64,000 nt of DNA from Rickettsiales bacterium (lineage in GTDB: Bacteria > Pseudomonadota > Alphaproteobacteria > Rickettsiales > UBA998), in NCBI GenBank assembly GCA_041749475.1, contig JBGTBD010000040.1, forward strand, positions 511 through 64,510, given 5' to 3'. The notes beneath the pieces were generated by a model that made no database searches, had not been told where the DNA came from, and saw only the letters and a list, made by a program, of their open reading frames with translations. Position numbers and translations under genes: made by a program. Positions 10,218-19,242 of this stretch are shown piece after piece. Each line of letters begins with the position of its first letter. Position 1 is the stretch's first letter.

Positions 10218-10559
10218 TTAATGTGCCGGCAAATCCACTGCACGCGCTCTCTCACGTGCTTCCATCTGGTGTAGTGCCCATTCATACATGGGGATTTCTT
10301 CCGGGTAGGTGGGAGTGCCATTTTCCTGGAATACATCCAGCGCCTCTTTTATGCGTTCCGGGGTAAGGTGGATTTCAGTGAATCCCGTTTGTTTCCCGTT
10401 TGGATTGTAGAGTATGATCGGCAATGTGCCGTTATCGGGGAAATGTTCTGCCATATAGCCGGGCTGCTGCTCGTTGAGTTTCTCAGTGATGCTTTCGCGG
10501 ATATAGAGTGCGCGCAATAAGCGTTCGGGGAAAAGATCGAATAATAGGTCAGGTTTCAT
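10218..10559 (-). CDS. Hypothetical protein
   Basis: ATG at 10559 immediately follows the upstream ORF stop (10561), suggesting coupling; no motif. Confidence 0.55.
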   Translation of the reverse strand: MKPDLLFDLFPERLLRALYIRESITEKLNEQQPGYMAEHFPDNGTLPIILYNPNGKQTGFTEIHLTPERIKEALDVFQENGTPTYPEEIPMYEWALHQMEARERARAVDLPAH

Positions 10560-10560
10560 A

Positions 10561-11499
10561 TTACCCGAATTCTCCAGCGTGATGGCTGAGAGCCCACCTA
10601 ATCTTGGCATTGAAATCGATCTCGTGATCTAAAGCAGATCCTATGGGCTGTATCGTATTCCAGTAATGATCCAAAGCGCGTTCCACCCCTTGTACTTGTT
10701 TGTCATCGCCGTGCACAGGAAGCAAATAATCGCCTCCCTCTCCCGGTTTGTGCTGATGTTGTAGAGAAAGTATCTCCGGGTCGGCGTAGTGCCCATCATG
10801 GATATAAAGATGCGGGTCGATCATCTTGTCTTTCTGGATACAGACGGATTTTGCGTCCCTATCTGTAAAAAAAAGGGGGCGTACATTCTCATGGTCCGTA
10901 CCGTTGAACATTAAACCATATTGGCAATCTTCAAACGTGGGAACGGGGATGTGGGCTTTCAACGCACGGCCTGCAAGAGCCGTCACCCCACGGTCTGGCG
11001 CGCTGTGAACGAGGCGGAATTGATGTTTGGGGCCTAGCAATCCATAATCATTATATTGGATATGGGGCTGGCCACTCATCAATCCAACTAGCGGACTTAA
11101 TATTTTTTCCTCCAGCCCTTCGAGGGTGAATTTATAAGGCGGTAATTCCATGAAGTGGACGTAGGCGCGGCCTTTCTGGAACGCATTCAATAATCCAAGG
11201 CGTGATTCCAGTTCGGGCGAGGGCGTAAGGTTCACTGTAAGCGATTGCGGCTCCGTCGGGTTTGCCCTAGGCAAGGGCAATATCCTGCCCGCTGGCTTCG
11301 CTCCGAGGAAATCGAGTGCATTCTGGAATTCAATGCGGGATTGTGGGTCACAGGAATGCTCCGTAACCTTCACGGCGATCTGATCCCTGATATTAATGGT
11401 ATCCACGGAGATATGTTCAGGCGCTATTCCAGAAAGCACTTGTGAAAGTGACGATTGTAAGGTTTTCTGGACAGGGTTCGAGGTGATGTTTAGTTCCAT
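10561..11499 (-). CDS. Hypothetical protein
   Basis: 312-aa ORF, AT-richer than its neighbours, His-rich C-terminal half. Confidence 0.65.
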   Translation of the reverse strand: MELNITSNPVQKTLQSSLSQVLSGIAPEHISVDTINIRDQIAVKVTEHSCDPQSRIEFQNALDFLGAKPAGRILPLPRANPTEPQSLTVNLTPSPELESRLGLLNAFQKGRAYVHFMELPPYKFTLEGLEEKILSPLVGLMSGQPHIQYNDYGLLGPKHQFRLVHSAPDRGVTALAGRALKAHIPVPTFEDCQYGLMFNGTDHENVRPLFFTDRDAKSVCIQKDKMIDPHLYIHDGHYADPEILSLQHQHKPGEGGDYLLPVHGDDKQVQGVERALDHYWNTIQPIGSALDHEIDFNAKIRWALSHHAGEFG

Positions 11500-11657
11500 G
11501 AAATACTTTCAAAAAAACCATTATGGACGGGATTCTTTGCAATTTCGTTAAGGTTTGTATGAAGATGCTGCGCTGCACCAAGCTTTTCTGCCGCTTTTAA
11601 CTTGCAATTCAACAGGGTTTTTGCAACTTTACTGCTCCCATTCACCTTGCGAGAGTA

Positions 11658-13991
11658 GTGTCCATGCCCCCCAAAGCCAATAAATCCGAAGCGATGCAGA
11701 CCGAGAACATCCCCATCACGGATGAAGAGGCGCTATTATTCCATACGCAAGGGCAACCGGGCAAGCTCGCCATCCGCGCGACCAAGCCGTTGGTAACGCA
11801 GCGTGATCTCTCGCTGGGGTACTCCCCCGGCGTCGCCGTGCCGTGCCAGCGCATCCATGAAGATCCGGACAAGGCATACGACTATACTTCCAAGGGCAAT
11901 TTCGTTGCCGTTATATCGAACGGGACAGCTGTCCTCGGTCTCGGCAATCTCGGTGCACTCGCCTCCAAGCCCGTGATGGAGGGGAAAGCGATCCTCTTTA
12001 AACGCTTTGCCGACATCGACGCGGTGGACATTGAAGTTGATACGACCGATCCGGAAGAATTCATCAACGCCGTGAAATATCTGGGACCGACCTGGGGCGG
12101 GATCAATCTGGAGGATATCGCCGGGCCGGAATGCTTCATCATCGAGCAGAAGCTGAAAGAGCTGATGGACATCCCCGTATTCCATGATGACCAGCACGGG
12201 ACGGCCATCATCGCTGCCGCCGGGATCATCAATGCCGCCCATATCACGGGCCGCAAGATGGAAGACCTCGTGGTTGTGGTAAACGGCGCAGGCGCGGCGG
12301 GTATTGCCTGCCTTGAGCTGTTGAAGCTGATGGGCGTGCCGCATGATAACGTTCTGCTCTGTGACCGCGATGGCGTTATTTATCAAGGCCGCGAAAAGGG
12401 CATGAACCAGTGGAAATCCGCCCATGCGGTGAAGACCGACAAGCGCACGCTGCTCGATGCCTTCACGGGCGCGGACGTCTTCCTAGGGCTTTCTGCCGCT
12501 GGCGCGGTGTCCAAAGAGATGGTGAAAGCCATGAACAAGAACCCGGTGATCTTCGCGATGGCGAACCCGGTCCCCGAAATTTTGCCGGAAGAAATCCGTG
12601 AAGTTCGTAAGGATGCGATTATCGCGACGGGCCGTTCGGACTATCCGAATCAGGTCAATAACGTGATGGGCTTCCCCTACATCTTCCGTGGCGCGCTGGA
12701 TGTGCGCGCGCGTGAGATTAACGAGGAGATGAAGATCGCCGCCGCCGAAGCCCTCGCCAAGCTGGCGCGCGAAGAAGTGCCGGACGAGGTGTTCAGCGCC
12801 TATGCCGGACGCACGATGGAATTCGGCCCGGAATACATCATCCCCACGCCATTCGACCCCCGCCTGATTTCCACCATCCCCATCGCAGTCGCGAAGGCGG
12901 CCATGAAAACCGGCGTGGCGCGCAAGCCCATCACCGATTTCGAGGCCTATAAACGCGAACTCACCGCGCGTCTTGACCCCACGGCCAACACGGTCAGCCG
13001 CATCCTCGATAAAGTCCGCGCCAACCCGCGCCGCATCATCTTCGCCGAGGGCGAGGAAGAAAAAGTCATCCGCGCCGCCGTGCAGTGGCGTGATAACGGC
13101 TACGGCACTCCCATCCTCGTCGGCCGCGCCGACCGCATCAAGGAAGCGATGCACCGGATGCAGATCACCGATGTCGAAGGCATCGAGATCACCAACGCCG
13201 CCATCAATAAAAGCGTCAATAAATACGTCGATTATCTCTACGAAAAACTGCAGCGTAACGGCTTCCTCTATCGTGACGTTGCACGCATGGTGAAGAACGA
13301 CCGAAACACCTACGCCGCATGTATGCTTGCTTGTGGTGACGGGGATGCGCTGATTACCGGCCTCACCCGCACCTATTACCGGGCGCTGGAGAATATCTGC
13401 CGCGTAATCGATACCAAGCCGGGTGAGCATATGATCGGCATCTCGATGATGGTGACGAAGACGCGCACCATCTTCATGTCCGACACCGTGCACCATGAAC
13501 TGCCGGATGCGCAGGAACTGGCCGACATCGCGATTCAGACTGCCAAGAAAGCCCGCCAGTTTGGTCATGACCCGCGCCTTGCGTTCCTCTCTTTCTCCAA
13601 TTTTGGCAATCCGAAACGCGAGAAATCGAAACGGATTCAGGATGCGGTGAAGCTTCTCGATACCCGCGAGGTCGATTTCGAGTATGACGGCGAAATGGGT
13701 GCGGATGTGGCGCTGAACGAGGAATTGATGGCGCTCTATCCCTTCTGCCGCCTCTCCGGCCCCGCCAACGTCCTCGTCATGCCCGCACTGCATACGGCGA
13801 ATATCTGCGCCGGTATCCTTGATGAGCTGGGTCGCGGCGCGATGTTCGGCCCCATCCTGATGGGTCTGGAAAAACCCGTGCAGATATTGCAGATGAACTC
13901 GACCGTCTCCGACATCGTCAACATGGCCGCCATCGCCGCCATTGAATGCATCGAGGATGATGAGCGCGTGGGCGATAAGGTGGCTGCTTAA
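11658..13991 (+). CDS. maeB: NADP-dependent malic enzyme (malic enzyme-phosphotransacetylase fusion)
   Basis: YSPGVA, SKPVMEGKA, FHDDQHGTA, GAGAAG, ATGRSDYPNQVNN, and a C-terminal PTA domain; exact start uncertain. Confidence 0.97.
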   Translation: MSMPPKANKSEAMQTENIPITDEEALLFHTQGQPGKLAIRATKPLVTQRDLSLGYSPGVAVPCQRIHEDPDKAYDYTSKGNFVAVISNGTAVLGLGNLGALASKPVMEGKAILFKRFADIDAVDIEVDTTDPEEFINAVKYLGPTWGGINLEDIAGPECFIIEQKLKELMDIPVFHDDQHGTAIIAAAGIINAAHITGRKMEDLVVVVNGAGAAGIACLELLKLMGVPHDNVLLCDRDGVIYQGREKGMNQWKSAHAVKTDKRTLLDAFTGADVFLGLSAAGAVSKEMVKAMNKNPVIFAMANPVPEILPEEIREVRKDAIIATGRSDYPNQVNNVMGFPYIFRGALDVRAREINEEMKIAAAEALAKLAREEVPDEVFSAYAGRTMEFGPEYIIPTPFDPRLISTIPIAVAKAAMKTGVARKPITDFEAYKRELTARLDPTANTVSRILDKVRANPRRIIFAEGEEEKVIRAAVQWRDNGYGTPILVGRADRIKEAMHRMQITDVEGIEITNAAINKSVNKYVDYLYEKLQRNGFLYRDVARMVKNDRNTYAACMLACGDGDALITGLTRTYYRALENICRVIDTKPGEHMIGISMMVTKTRTIFMSDTVHHELPDAQELADIAIQTAKKARQFGHDPRLAFLSFSNFGNPKREKSKRIQDAVKLLDTREVDFEYDGEMGADVALNEELMALYPFCRLSGPANVLVMPALHTANICAGILDELGRGAMFGPILMGLEKPVQILQMNSTVSDIVNMAAIAAIECIEDDERVGDKVAA

Positions 13992-14896
13992 ACTTCGCCT
14001 AAAGCCGCGACTTTCCTCTGAATCCGGGCTATGGACGCTTTGAGCCGATGTACGTCGGAGCTTTTGCGCCGCGTGGCGACGATCTGCGTCATCACCGCGC
14101 CGAAGAGGAGAATCTGCGCCGAGTAATAAACCCAGACCAGCAATACAACGAGCGACCCCGCCGCGCCATAGGCCGAGCCGACACCGCTTCGCCCCAGATA
14201 AAGCCCAATCGCCAACTTGCCGATGCTGAATAGCAGCGCCGTGATGAATGCACCCACCCATACATCCCGCCAGGCGATATGCACATCCGGCAAAAATTTG
14301 AAAATCATCGCGAACAGGGTGGTAACCATGCCGAGCGTCACCACGAAATTGACCGCTTCCAGTAGGGGGGCAAGGTCAGGTAGCAGGCCGACGAAATACC
14401 CGCCCATCGCCGCCAGCACGGCGCTGACGACCAGCGAGACAAGCAACAGAAACCCCGTCACCAATACCATGCCGAAGGATAATATCCGCGCGCGGGCCAA
14501 TTGTGTGAATCCTCCACGGGCGGGCGGTGCGTTCCAGATGGCATTGAGCGCCGCCTGCAATTCACCGAACAGGCCGGACGTGCCGATGATGAGGGTGAGG
14601 ACGCCGACGAAGGCAGCGAAGAGGCTGTCGCTCGGCTTCTGCGCGGCGGCGATGATCTCCTGAATCGTTTTCGCGGCCTCTCTGCCCGTCATCGCCTCCA
14701 TCTGCGCGACCACGTGTCCGCTCGCCGCCTCCTGCCCGAAGATGAGGCCGACAATGGCGATGAAGATAAGCAGGAGCGGGCTGATGGCGAGCACCGTGTA
14801 GAAAGCGAGCGACGCGCCCATGCGCGGGACGTTATCGTCCAGCCATGTCTGCACCGCGTCCTTCAGGATGCTGTATGCGCTTTGCCACCCGCTCAT
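13988..14896 (-). CDS. YihY/virulence factor BrkB family membrane protein
   Basis: DDNVPRMGASLAFY, YGAAGSLVVLLVWVYYSAQILLFGA; GGAGG RBS before ATG 14896. Confidence 0.92.
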   Translation of the reverse strand: MSGWQSAYSILKDAVQTWLDDNVPRMGASLAFYTVLAISPLLLIFIAIVGLIFGQEAASGHVVAQMEAMTGREAAKTIQEIIAAAQKPSDSLFAAFVGVLTLIIGTSGLFGELQAALNAIWNAPPARGGFTQLARARILSFGMVLVTGFLLLVSLVVSAVLAAMGGYFVGLLPDLAPLLEAVNFVVTLGMVTTLFAMIFKFLPDVHIAWRDVWVGAFITALLFSIGKLAIGLYLGRSGVGSAYGAAGSLVVLLVWVYYSAQILLFGAVMTQIVATRRKSSDVHRLKASIARIQRKVAALGEV

Positions 14897-15029
14897 GATG
14901 CCTCCAAAACGGCCACTATTGGCGAAGCGAAATAAAGAATCCATATCCCGCCTTCTATGCGAGGAGTCGTTGCTAAATGCGCGTGCTTGCGGTAATGTGC
15001 GGGCATATAAATAACTGGGAGTACTATTT

Positions 15030-15722
15030 ATGAAACGTGCATTGCTTGTGATCGGTCTATTGGTTTCCACCCAGCCTGTATGGGCTGCGGAGCGCGTGGG
15101 TGAAGCGCGTGAGATTCCGCCGCATGAATTGCTGAAACTGAACAAGGGCGAAGTCTATCTCGGCAAGAAAGACGCTCGGGTAGACGTTATCGAATATGCC
15201 TCCATGTCCTGCTCGCATTGCGCGGACTTCTCCAACACCATCTTCCCCGAAGTCTCCAAGGAATACATCAAGACCGGAAAAATCCGCTACGTCCTGCGCC
15301 ATTTCGTGCTGAACGAACCGGCGATGAAAGGCGCGCAACTGGTCGAGTGCGCACCCAAGGGCAAGCACTATAAATTCGTCAAAGTCCTGTTCAAGTTGCA
15401 GGAAAAGTGGGCCTTCACGATGGACACCGAGAAGGCGCTGAAGACCATCGCTAATGTCGGCGGCATGTCGGATGCCGATTTCACCGCTTGCATGAAGGAT
15501 AAGGCATTGCAGGATGAAATCCTGCAGACCCGTCTCGATGCGGAGAAGAATTTGAAGATCGAAGGCACGCCGACCTTCTTCATGAACGGCGAGAAGGTGA
15601 CGGCCGTTTCCGACTTCGCGAAGTTCAAAGCCGCGCTCGACCCCATCCTGAAACAGGCTGAGGAGAGCGAAGGTGCTGCGGCTCCGGCGGAGAAGACATC
15701 CCCCGACCCGAAAAAGGAATAA
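15030..15722 (+). CDS. DsbA family thiol-disulfide oxidoreductase
   Basis: Signal peptide, EYASMSCSHC (CxxC), GTPTFFMNG cis-Pro loop. Confidence 0.92.
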   Translation: MKRALLVIGLLVSTQPVWAAERVGEAREIPPHELLKLNKGEVYLGKKDARVDVIEYASMSCSHCADFSNTIFPEVSKEYIKTGKIRYVLRHFVLNEPAMKGAQLVECAPKGKHYKFVKVLFKLQEKWAFTMDTEKALKTIANVGGMSDADFTACMKDKALQDEILQTRLDAEKNLKIEGTPTFFMNGEKVTAVSDFAKFKAALDPILKQAEESEGAAAPAEKTSPDPKKE

Positions 15723-15724
15723 AC

Positions 15725-16048
15725 GTGCCGCGCGAATTGCCTTCGGTTGACGCGCTCCGCGCCAAAATCAAGGCCGCTAAGGTGGAGGAGAAGGATGCGA
15801 GCCCGCCGCCGCCTTCGGGTGCGTCACTGGTGATGCGGTTGGGGACGGAACTCGTCGCCGGGGTAACAGTGGGGACGATGATCGGGTATGGTATCGACAC
15901 CCTCGCCGGGACGCTGCCGCTCTTTCTGCTCATCTGCATGGGCTTCGGCACGGTGGGGGGCTTCATGAATCTCTACCGCACCAACGCCCGCTACGCGAGC
16001 CTTTTGGAAGAACAGGAAAAAAAGGCTCAAAATTCTGCCAAGAAATGA
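15725..16048 (+). CDS. atpI: AtpZ/AtpI family protein
   Basis: LGTELVAGVTVG...GYGID...GFMNLYR; first gene of the F0 operon. Confidence 0.85.
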   Translation: MPRELPSVDALRAKIKAAKVEEKDASPPPPSGASLVMRLGTELVAGVTVGTMIGYGIDTLAGTLPLFLLICMGFGTVGGFMNLYRTNARYASLLEEQEKKAQNSAKK

Positions 16049-16171
16049 TAGACAAGCGGGGGAAAATCCCTTAAACACGTCCCGATTTTAACCTCAGGTT
16101 TGTAGGTGCAAACCCCGGAGGCCCACTATATATAGGGTGCGCAACCGGAACACACGACGTATAAGAGTGAT

Positions 16172-16906
16172 ATGGCCCAAAGTCCACTTCATCAGTTTGA
16201 GATCCAGACCCTGATCCCGTTGCCGCAACTGGGTCAATATAATATCGACTTCACCAATTCCTCCCTGTTCATGGTGCTCGCGCTCGCGCTGTCCTTCCTG
16301 TTTATGTATGTGAGCATGGGCCGGAAATCACTGGTTCCGGGCCGCTGGCAAATGATGGCCGAGATGTCCTACGAGTTCGTCGCCGGTACGGTGCGGGACT
16401 ATACCGGGTCCGAGGGCAAGAAATATTTCCCGTTCATCTTCACCCTCTTCATGTTCGTCCTCTTCTGTAACCTAATCGGGATGATTCCGTATTCCTTTAC
16501 CGTGACCAGCCATATCATCGTCACCTTCGCACTGGCGCTGGTGATTTTCCTTGGTGTCACCGTCATCGCCATCATGAAGCATGGTCTGGGTAAATTTCTG
16601 ATGTTCTTCCTGCCGCACGGCACGCCGTGGTGGATGGCCCCGCTGATGTACGTCATCGAGCTGTTCGCCTACCTCGCCCGCCCCATCAGCCTCTCCATCC
16701 GTCTGGGAGCGAACATGATGGCGGGTCACTTGCTGATGAAGGTCATGGCTGGACTGATCCTGATGTTCGGCGCGACCGTCGGCTGGGCTCCGTTCATCTT
16801 CCTCGTCGGCTTGACCGGATTCGAGATTTTCGTCGCCGTCCTGCAAGCCTACATCTTCACGGTACTGACCTGCGTCTACCTGAACGATGCCTTGCATTTA
16901 CATTAA
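16172..16906 (+). CDS. atpB: F0F1 ATP synthase subunit a
   Basis: PLHQFEI, RPISLSIRLGANMMAGH, LQAYIF. Confidence 0.98.
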   Translation: MAQSPLHQFEIQTLIPLPQLGQYNIDFTNSSLFMVLALALSFLFMYVSMGRKSLVPGRWQMMAEMSYEFVAGTVRDYTGSEGKKYFPFIFTLFMFVLFCNLIGMIPYSFTVTSHIIVTFALALVIFLGVTVIAIMKHGLGKFLMFFLPHGTPWWMAPLMYVIELFAYLARPISLSIRLGANMMAGHLLMKVMAGLILMFGATVGWAPFIFLVGLTGFEIFVAVLQAYIFTVLTCVYLNDALHLH

Positions 16907-16955
16907 AAATTATGTTTAACCTCACTCACAATACATCACACTAAGGAGTCTTAAA

Positions 16956-17183
16956 ATGGAATTGGAAGCATTGAAATATCTAGGCGCTGGTCTCGCTGCA
17001 TTCGGGATGCTCGGCGCTGCAATCGGCGTGGGCAGCATCTTCGCTGCGATCTTGAACGGTATCGCGCGTAACCCTGCCGCGGAACCGAAACTCGCGAAAT
17101 ACGTCTATGTCGGCGCCGGTCTCGCGGAAGCCATGGGGATCTTCTCCTTCGTGATCGCGATCCTGCTTCTCTTCGTCGTATAA
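16956..17183 (+). CDS. atpE: F0F1 ATP synthase subunit c
   Basis: GAAIGVG...ARNPAA...GLAEA. Confidence 0.98.
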   Translation: MELEALKYLGAGLAAFGMLGAAIGVGSIFAAILNGIARNPAAEPKLAKYVYVGAGLAEAMGIFSFVIAILLLFVV

Positions 17184-17202
17184 TCCGAAGGAATAGCAAG
17201 AC

Positions 17203-17679
17203 GTGCCACAGTTTGATACATCGACGTTCGCCTCCCAGCTCTTCTGGCTGGGAGTCACGTTCTTCCTGCTCTATATACTGATGAGCCGGCTGGCCCTGCC
17301 GCGCGTGCAGGAAGTGATGGAAAAGCGCCGTCACCGCATCGCGCAGGATCTGAGCAAGGCGGACGCCTTCTCCGATCAGGCCGAAGCCGCCCGCATGGAA
17401 TATGAGCGCAACTACGCCGACTCGAAAGAGAAGGCGGCCCTCATCATCTCCGAGACGTCCATCAGCATGCGCAACTCCATCGAGGAGAAACGCAAAGAGC
17501 TGGACCGCGAGTATCAGGACAAAGTGGAACAGGCGGTGCAGACCATCGCCGCCAAACGCGGTGTGATTCAGGGACAGTTGGAACAGGTGGCGCAGGACGT
17601 CACCCAGACCATCATCACCAAACTGGTCGGCGCGAAGGCGGATGACGCAGCTATTGCCGCTGCATTGAAAAAGAAATAA
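17203..17679 (+). CDS. atpF2: F0F1 ATP synthase subunit b'
   Basis: MPQFDTSTFASQLFWL signature followed by a coiled coil. Confidence 0.93.
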   Translation: MPQFDTSTFASQLFWLGVTFFLLYILMSRLALPRVQEVMEKRRHRIAQDLSKADAFSDQAEAARMEYERNYADSKEKAALIISETSISMRNSIEEKRKELDREYQDKVEQAVQTIAAKRGVIQGQLEQVAQDVTQTIITKLVGAKADDAAIAAALKKK

Positions 17680-17705
17680 GCCTGATAAGGGCAAGGAGAG
17701 TGGAT

Positions 17706-18188
17706 ATGTTCGAGGATCCGACATTTTGGGTGGCGATGGCTTTCGGGCTATTCGTCATTCTGACGTTCCGTCCCATTGGCCGCATCATCGGCAAGACGCT
17801 GGATGGCCGCATCCACCATATCGAAGCGGAACTGGCCGAAGCTGTACGCTTGCGTGAAGAAGCACAGGCCCTGCTCGCTGAATATCAGCGTAAGCAGACG
17901 GAAGTCGAAGCCGAAGCTGCCAGCATCTTGAAAGCCGCCCGTGAAGAAGCGCAAGCCTTGCAGATTCAGGCGCAGGAGCAATTGCAACAAGCCATCAATA
18001 ACCGCGTCGCCCTCGCTGACCAGAAGATCGCGCAAGAAGAAGAAAAAGCGATTCAGGACGTGAAGAAACAGGTCGTGGACATCGCCATGAAAGCCGCCCG
18101 CGACGTCATCGCAGATAAGATGTCGGAAGAATCCGATGAGGCGTTGATTCAGTTAGCGCTGAAAGACATCCAGCGCATCGTGCATTAG
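17706..18188 (+). CDS. atpF: F0F1 ATP synthase subunit b
   Basis: DPTFWVAMAF, LDGR...EA..LR.EA; alternative GTG start at 17700. Confidence 0.93.
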   Translation: MFEDPTFWVAMAFGLFVILTFRPIGRIIGKTLDGRIHHIEAELAEAVRLREEAQALLAEYQRKQTEVEAEAASILKAAREEAQALQIQAQEQLQQAINNRVALADQKIAQEEEKAIQDVKKQVVDIAMKAARDVIADKMSEESDEALIQLALKDIQRIVH

Positions 18189-18219
18189 TCTTAGGGCGCG
18201 TAACTCCCACTATTATTGT

Positions 18220-18294
18220 GTCATTCCCGCGCAAGCGGGAATCCATCTATCCGGAGTCCGCTGTGCTATGGATTCCCGCTTGCGCGGGAATGGC
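18220..18294. repeat. Palindromic REP/RPE-like doublet element
   Basis: GTCATTCCCGCGCAAGCGGGAATCCA...TGGATTCCCGCTTGCGCGGGAATGGC: two inverted hairpins after atpF. Confidence 0.85.
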
Positions 18295-18405
18295 GCTTGT
18301 ATAACTGTTACAAAAAAGCGCATATAACCATATATATGCTCTTAAGAGTTGCAATAACTTAACGCTAAACTCGTTACCTTTTTCCGTAATTGGTATTCTC
18401 ATAAT

Positions 18406-19242
18406 ATGGGAATTGTCGCAAACGGAAGATGGATTGTAGGTGTAGGTTTGTTGACGGCGTGCCTGTCACCGTCCATCCCACACGCCGCTGCATGGACCCA
18501 GAAAGAGGATGACACGTTCCTCGCCTTCAACACCTTTTATTATCATACCAGCAAAAGCTTCGATCTCTCAGGTAATTCCCAACAGACTGACCCCTTTACC
18601 AAGGTGGAATTGAACCCCTATTTCGAATACGGCCTCACCGACCGGTTGACGCTGGGTGCATCCCCCTTCCTGCAAGTCATCCGCCAGCGCTCCCGGGCGA
18701 CGGGTGATTCGGAGAATAATATTGGCCTCGCGGAAGCGGAAATCTTCGCGCGGTGGAAGGTGTGGGAGCAGGGGGCATACGTCACCTCCCTGCAACCGCT
18801 GCTCAAACTACCAAGCCTCTATAGCGACCGCGACGGGCTGAAAGCCGGACGCAGCCAAATGGATGTGGAACTGAGCTGGATGAACGGCTACGGCTTCGAT
18901 CTCTATGGCGAACATCACTTCCTGATGGGCGATGTCTCCTACCGCCGCCGCCTCGGCGTGCTGGAGGATCAATTGAAATTGCATCTCGGCCTCGGCATCG
19001 GCCTGTCCGACACTTGGACAATGCTACCGCAACTCTATCAGACGATTCCCATCGGCACGTCCGCCAGCAATACGGTTTCGGTATCCGGGCAGAATGATTA
19101 CAGCCTCACCAAGTTGCAACTCAGTGCCATCTATACACTGAACGACGCGACAAGCGTCGAGATCGGTGGCTTCGCGCATGTTGCGGGGAAAAGCACGGGG
19201 GAGGGCGGTGGCGCGCTGGTGTCGGTATGGAAGCGGTGGTAA
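18406..19242 (+). CDS. Putative outer-membrane beta-barrel protein
   Basis: Signal peptide, amphipathic strands (YFEYGLTDRLTLG), aromatic C-terminal residue (VSVWKRW). Confidence 0.7.
   Translation: MGIVANGRWIVGVGLLTACLSPSIPHAAAWTQKEDDTFLAFNTFYYHTSKSFDLSGNSQQTDPFTKVELNPYFEYGLTDRLTLGASPFLQVIRQRSRATGDSENNIGLAEAEIFARWKVWEQGAYVTSLQPLLKLPSLYSDRDGLKAGRSQMDVELSWMNGYGFDLYGEHHFLMGDVSYRRRLGVLEDQLKLHLGLGIGLSDTWTMLPQLYQTIPIGTSASNTVSVSGQNDYSLTKLQLSAIYTLNDATSVEIGGFAHVAGKSTGEGGGALVSVWKRW

Noticed and set aside
12483-14261. 592-aa antisense ORF over maeB, and many similar shadow ORFs across the window
   Set aside because: These are opposite-strand shadows of well-supported GC-rich genes and have no motifs.
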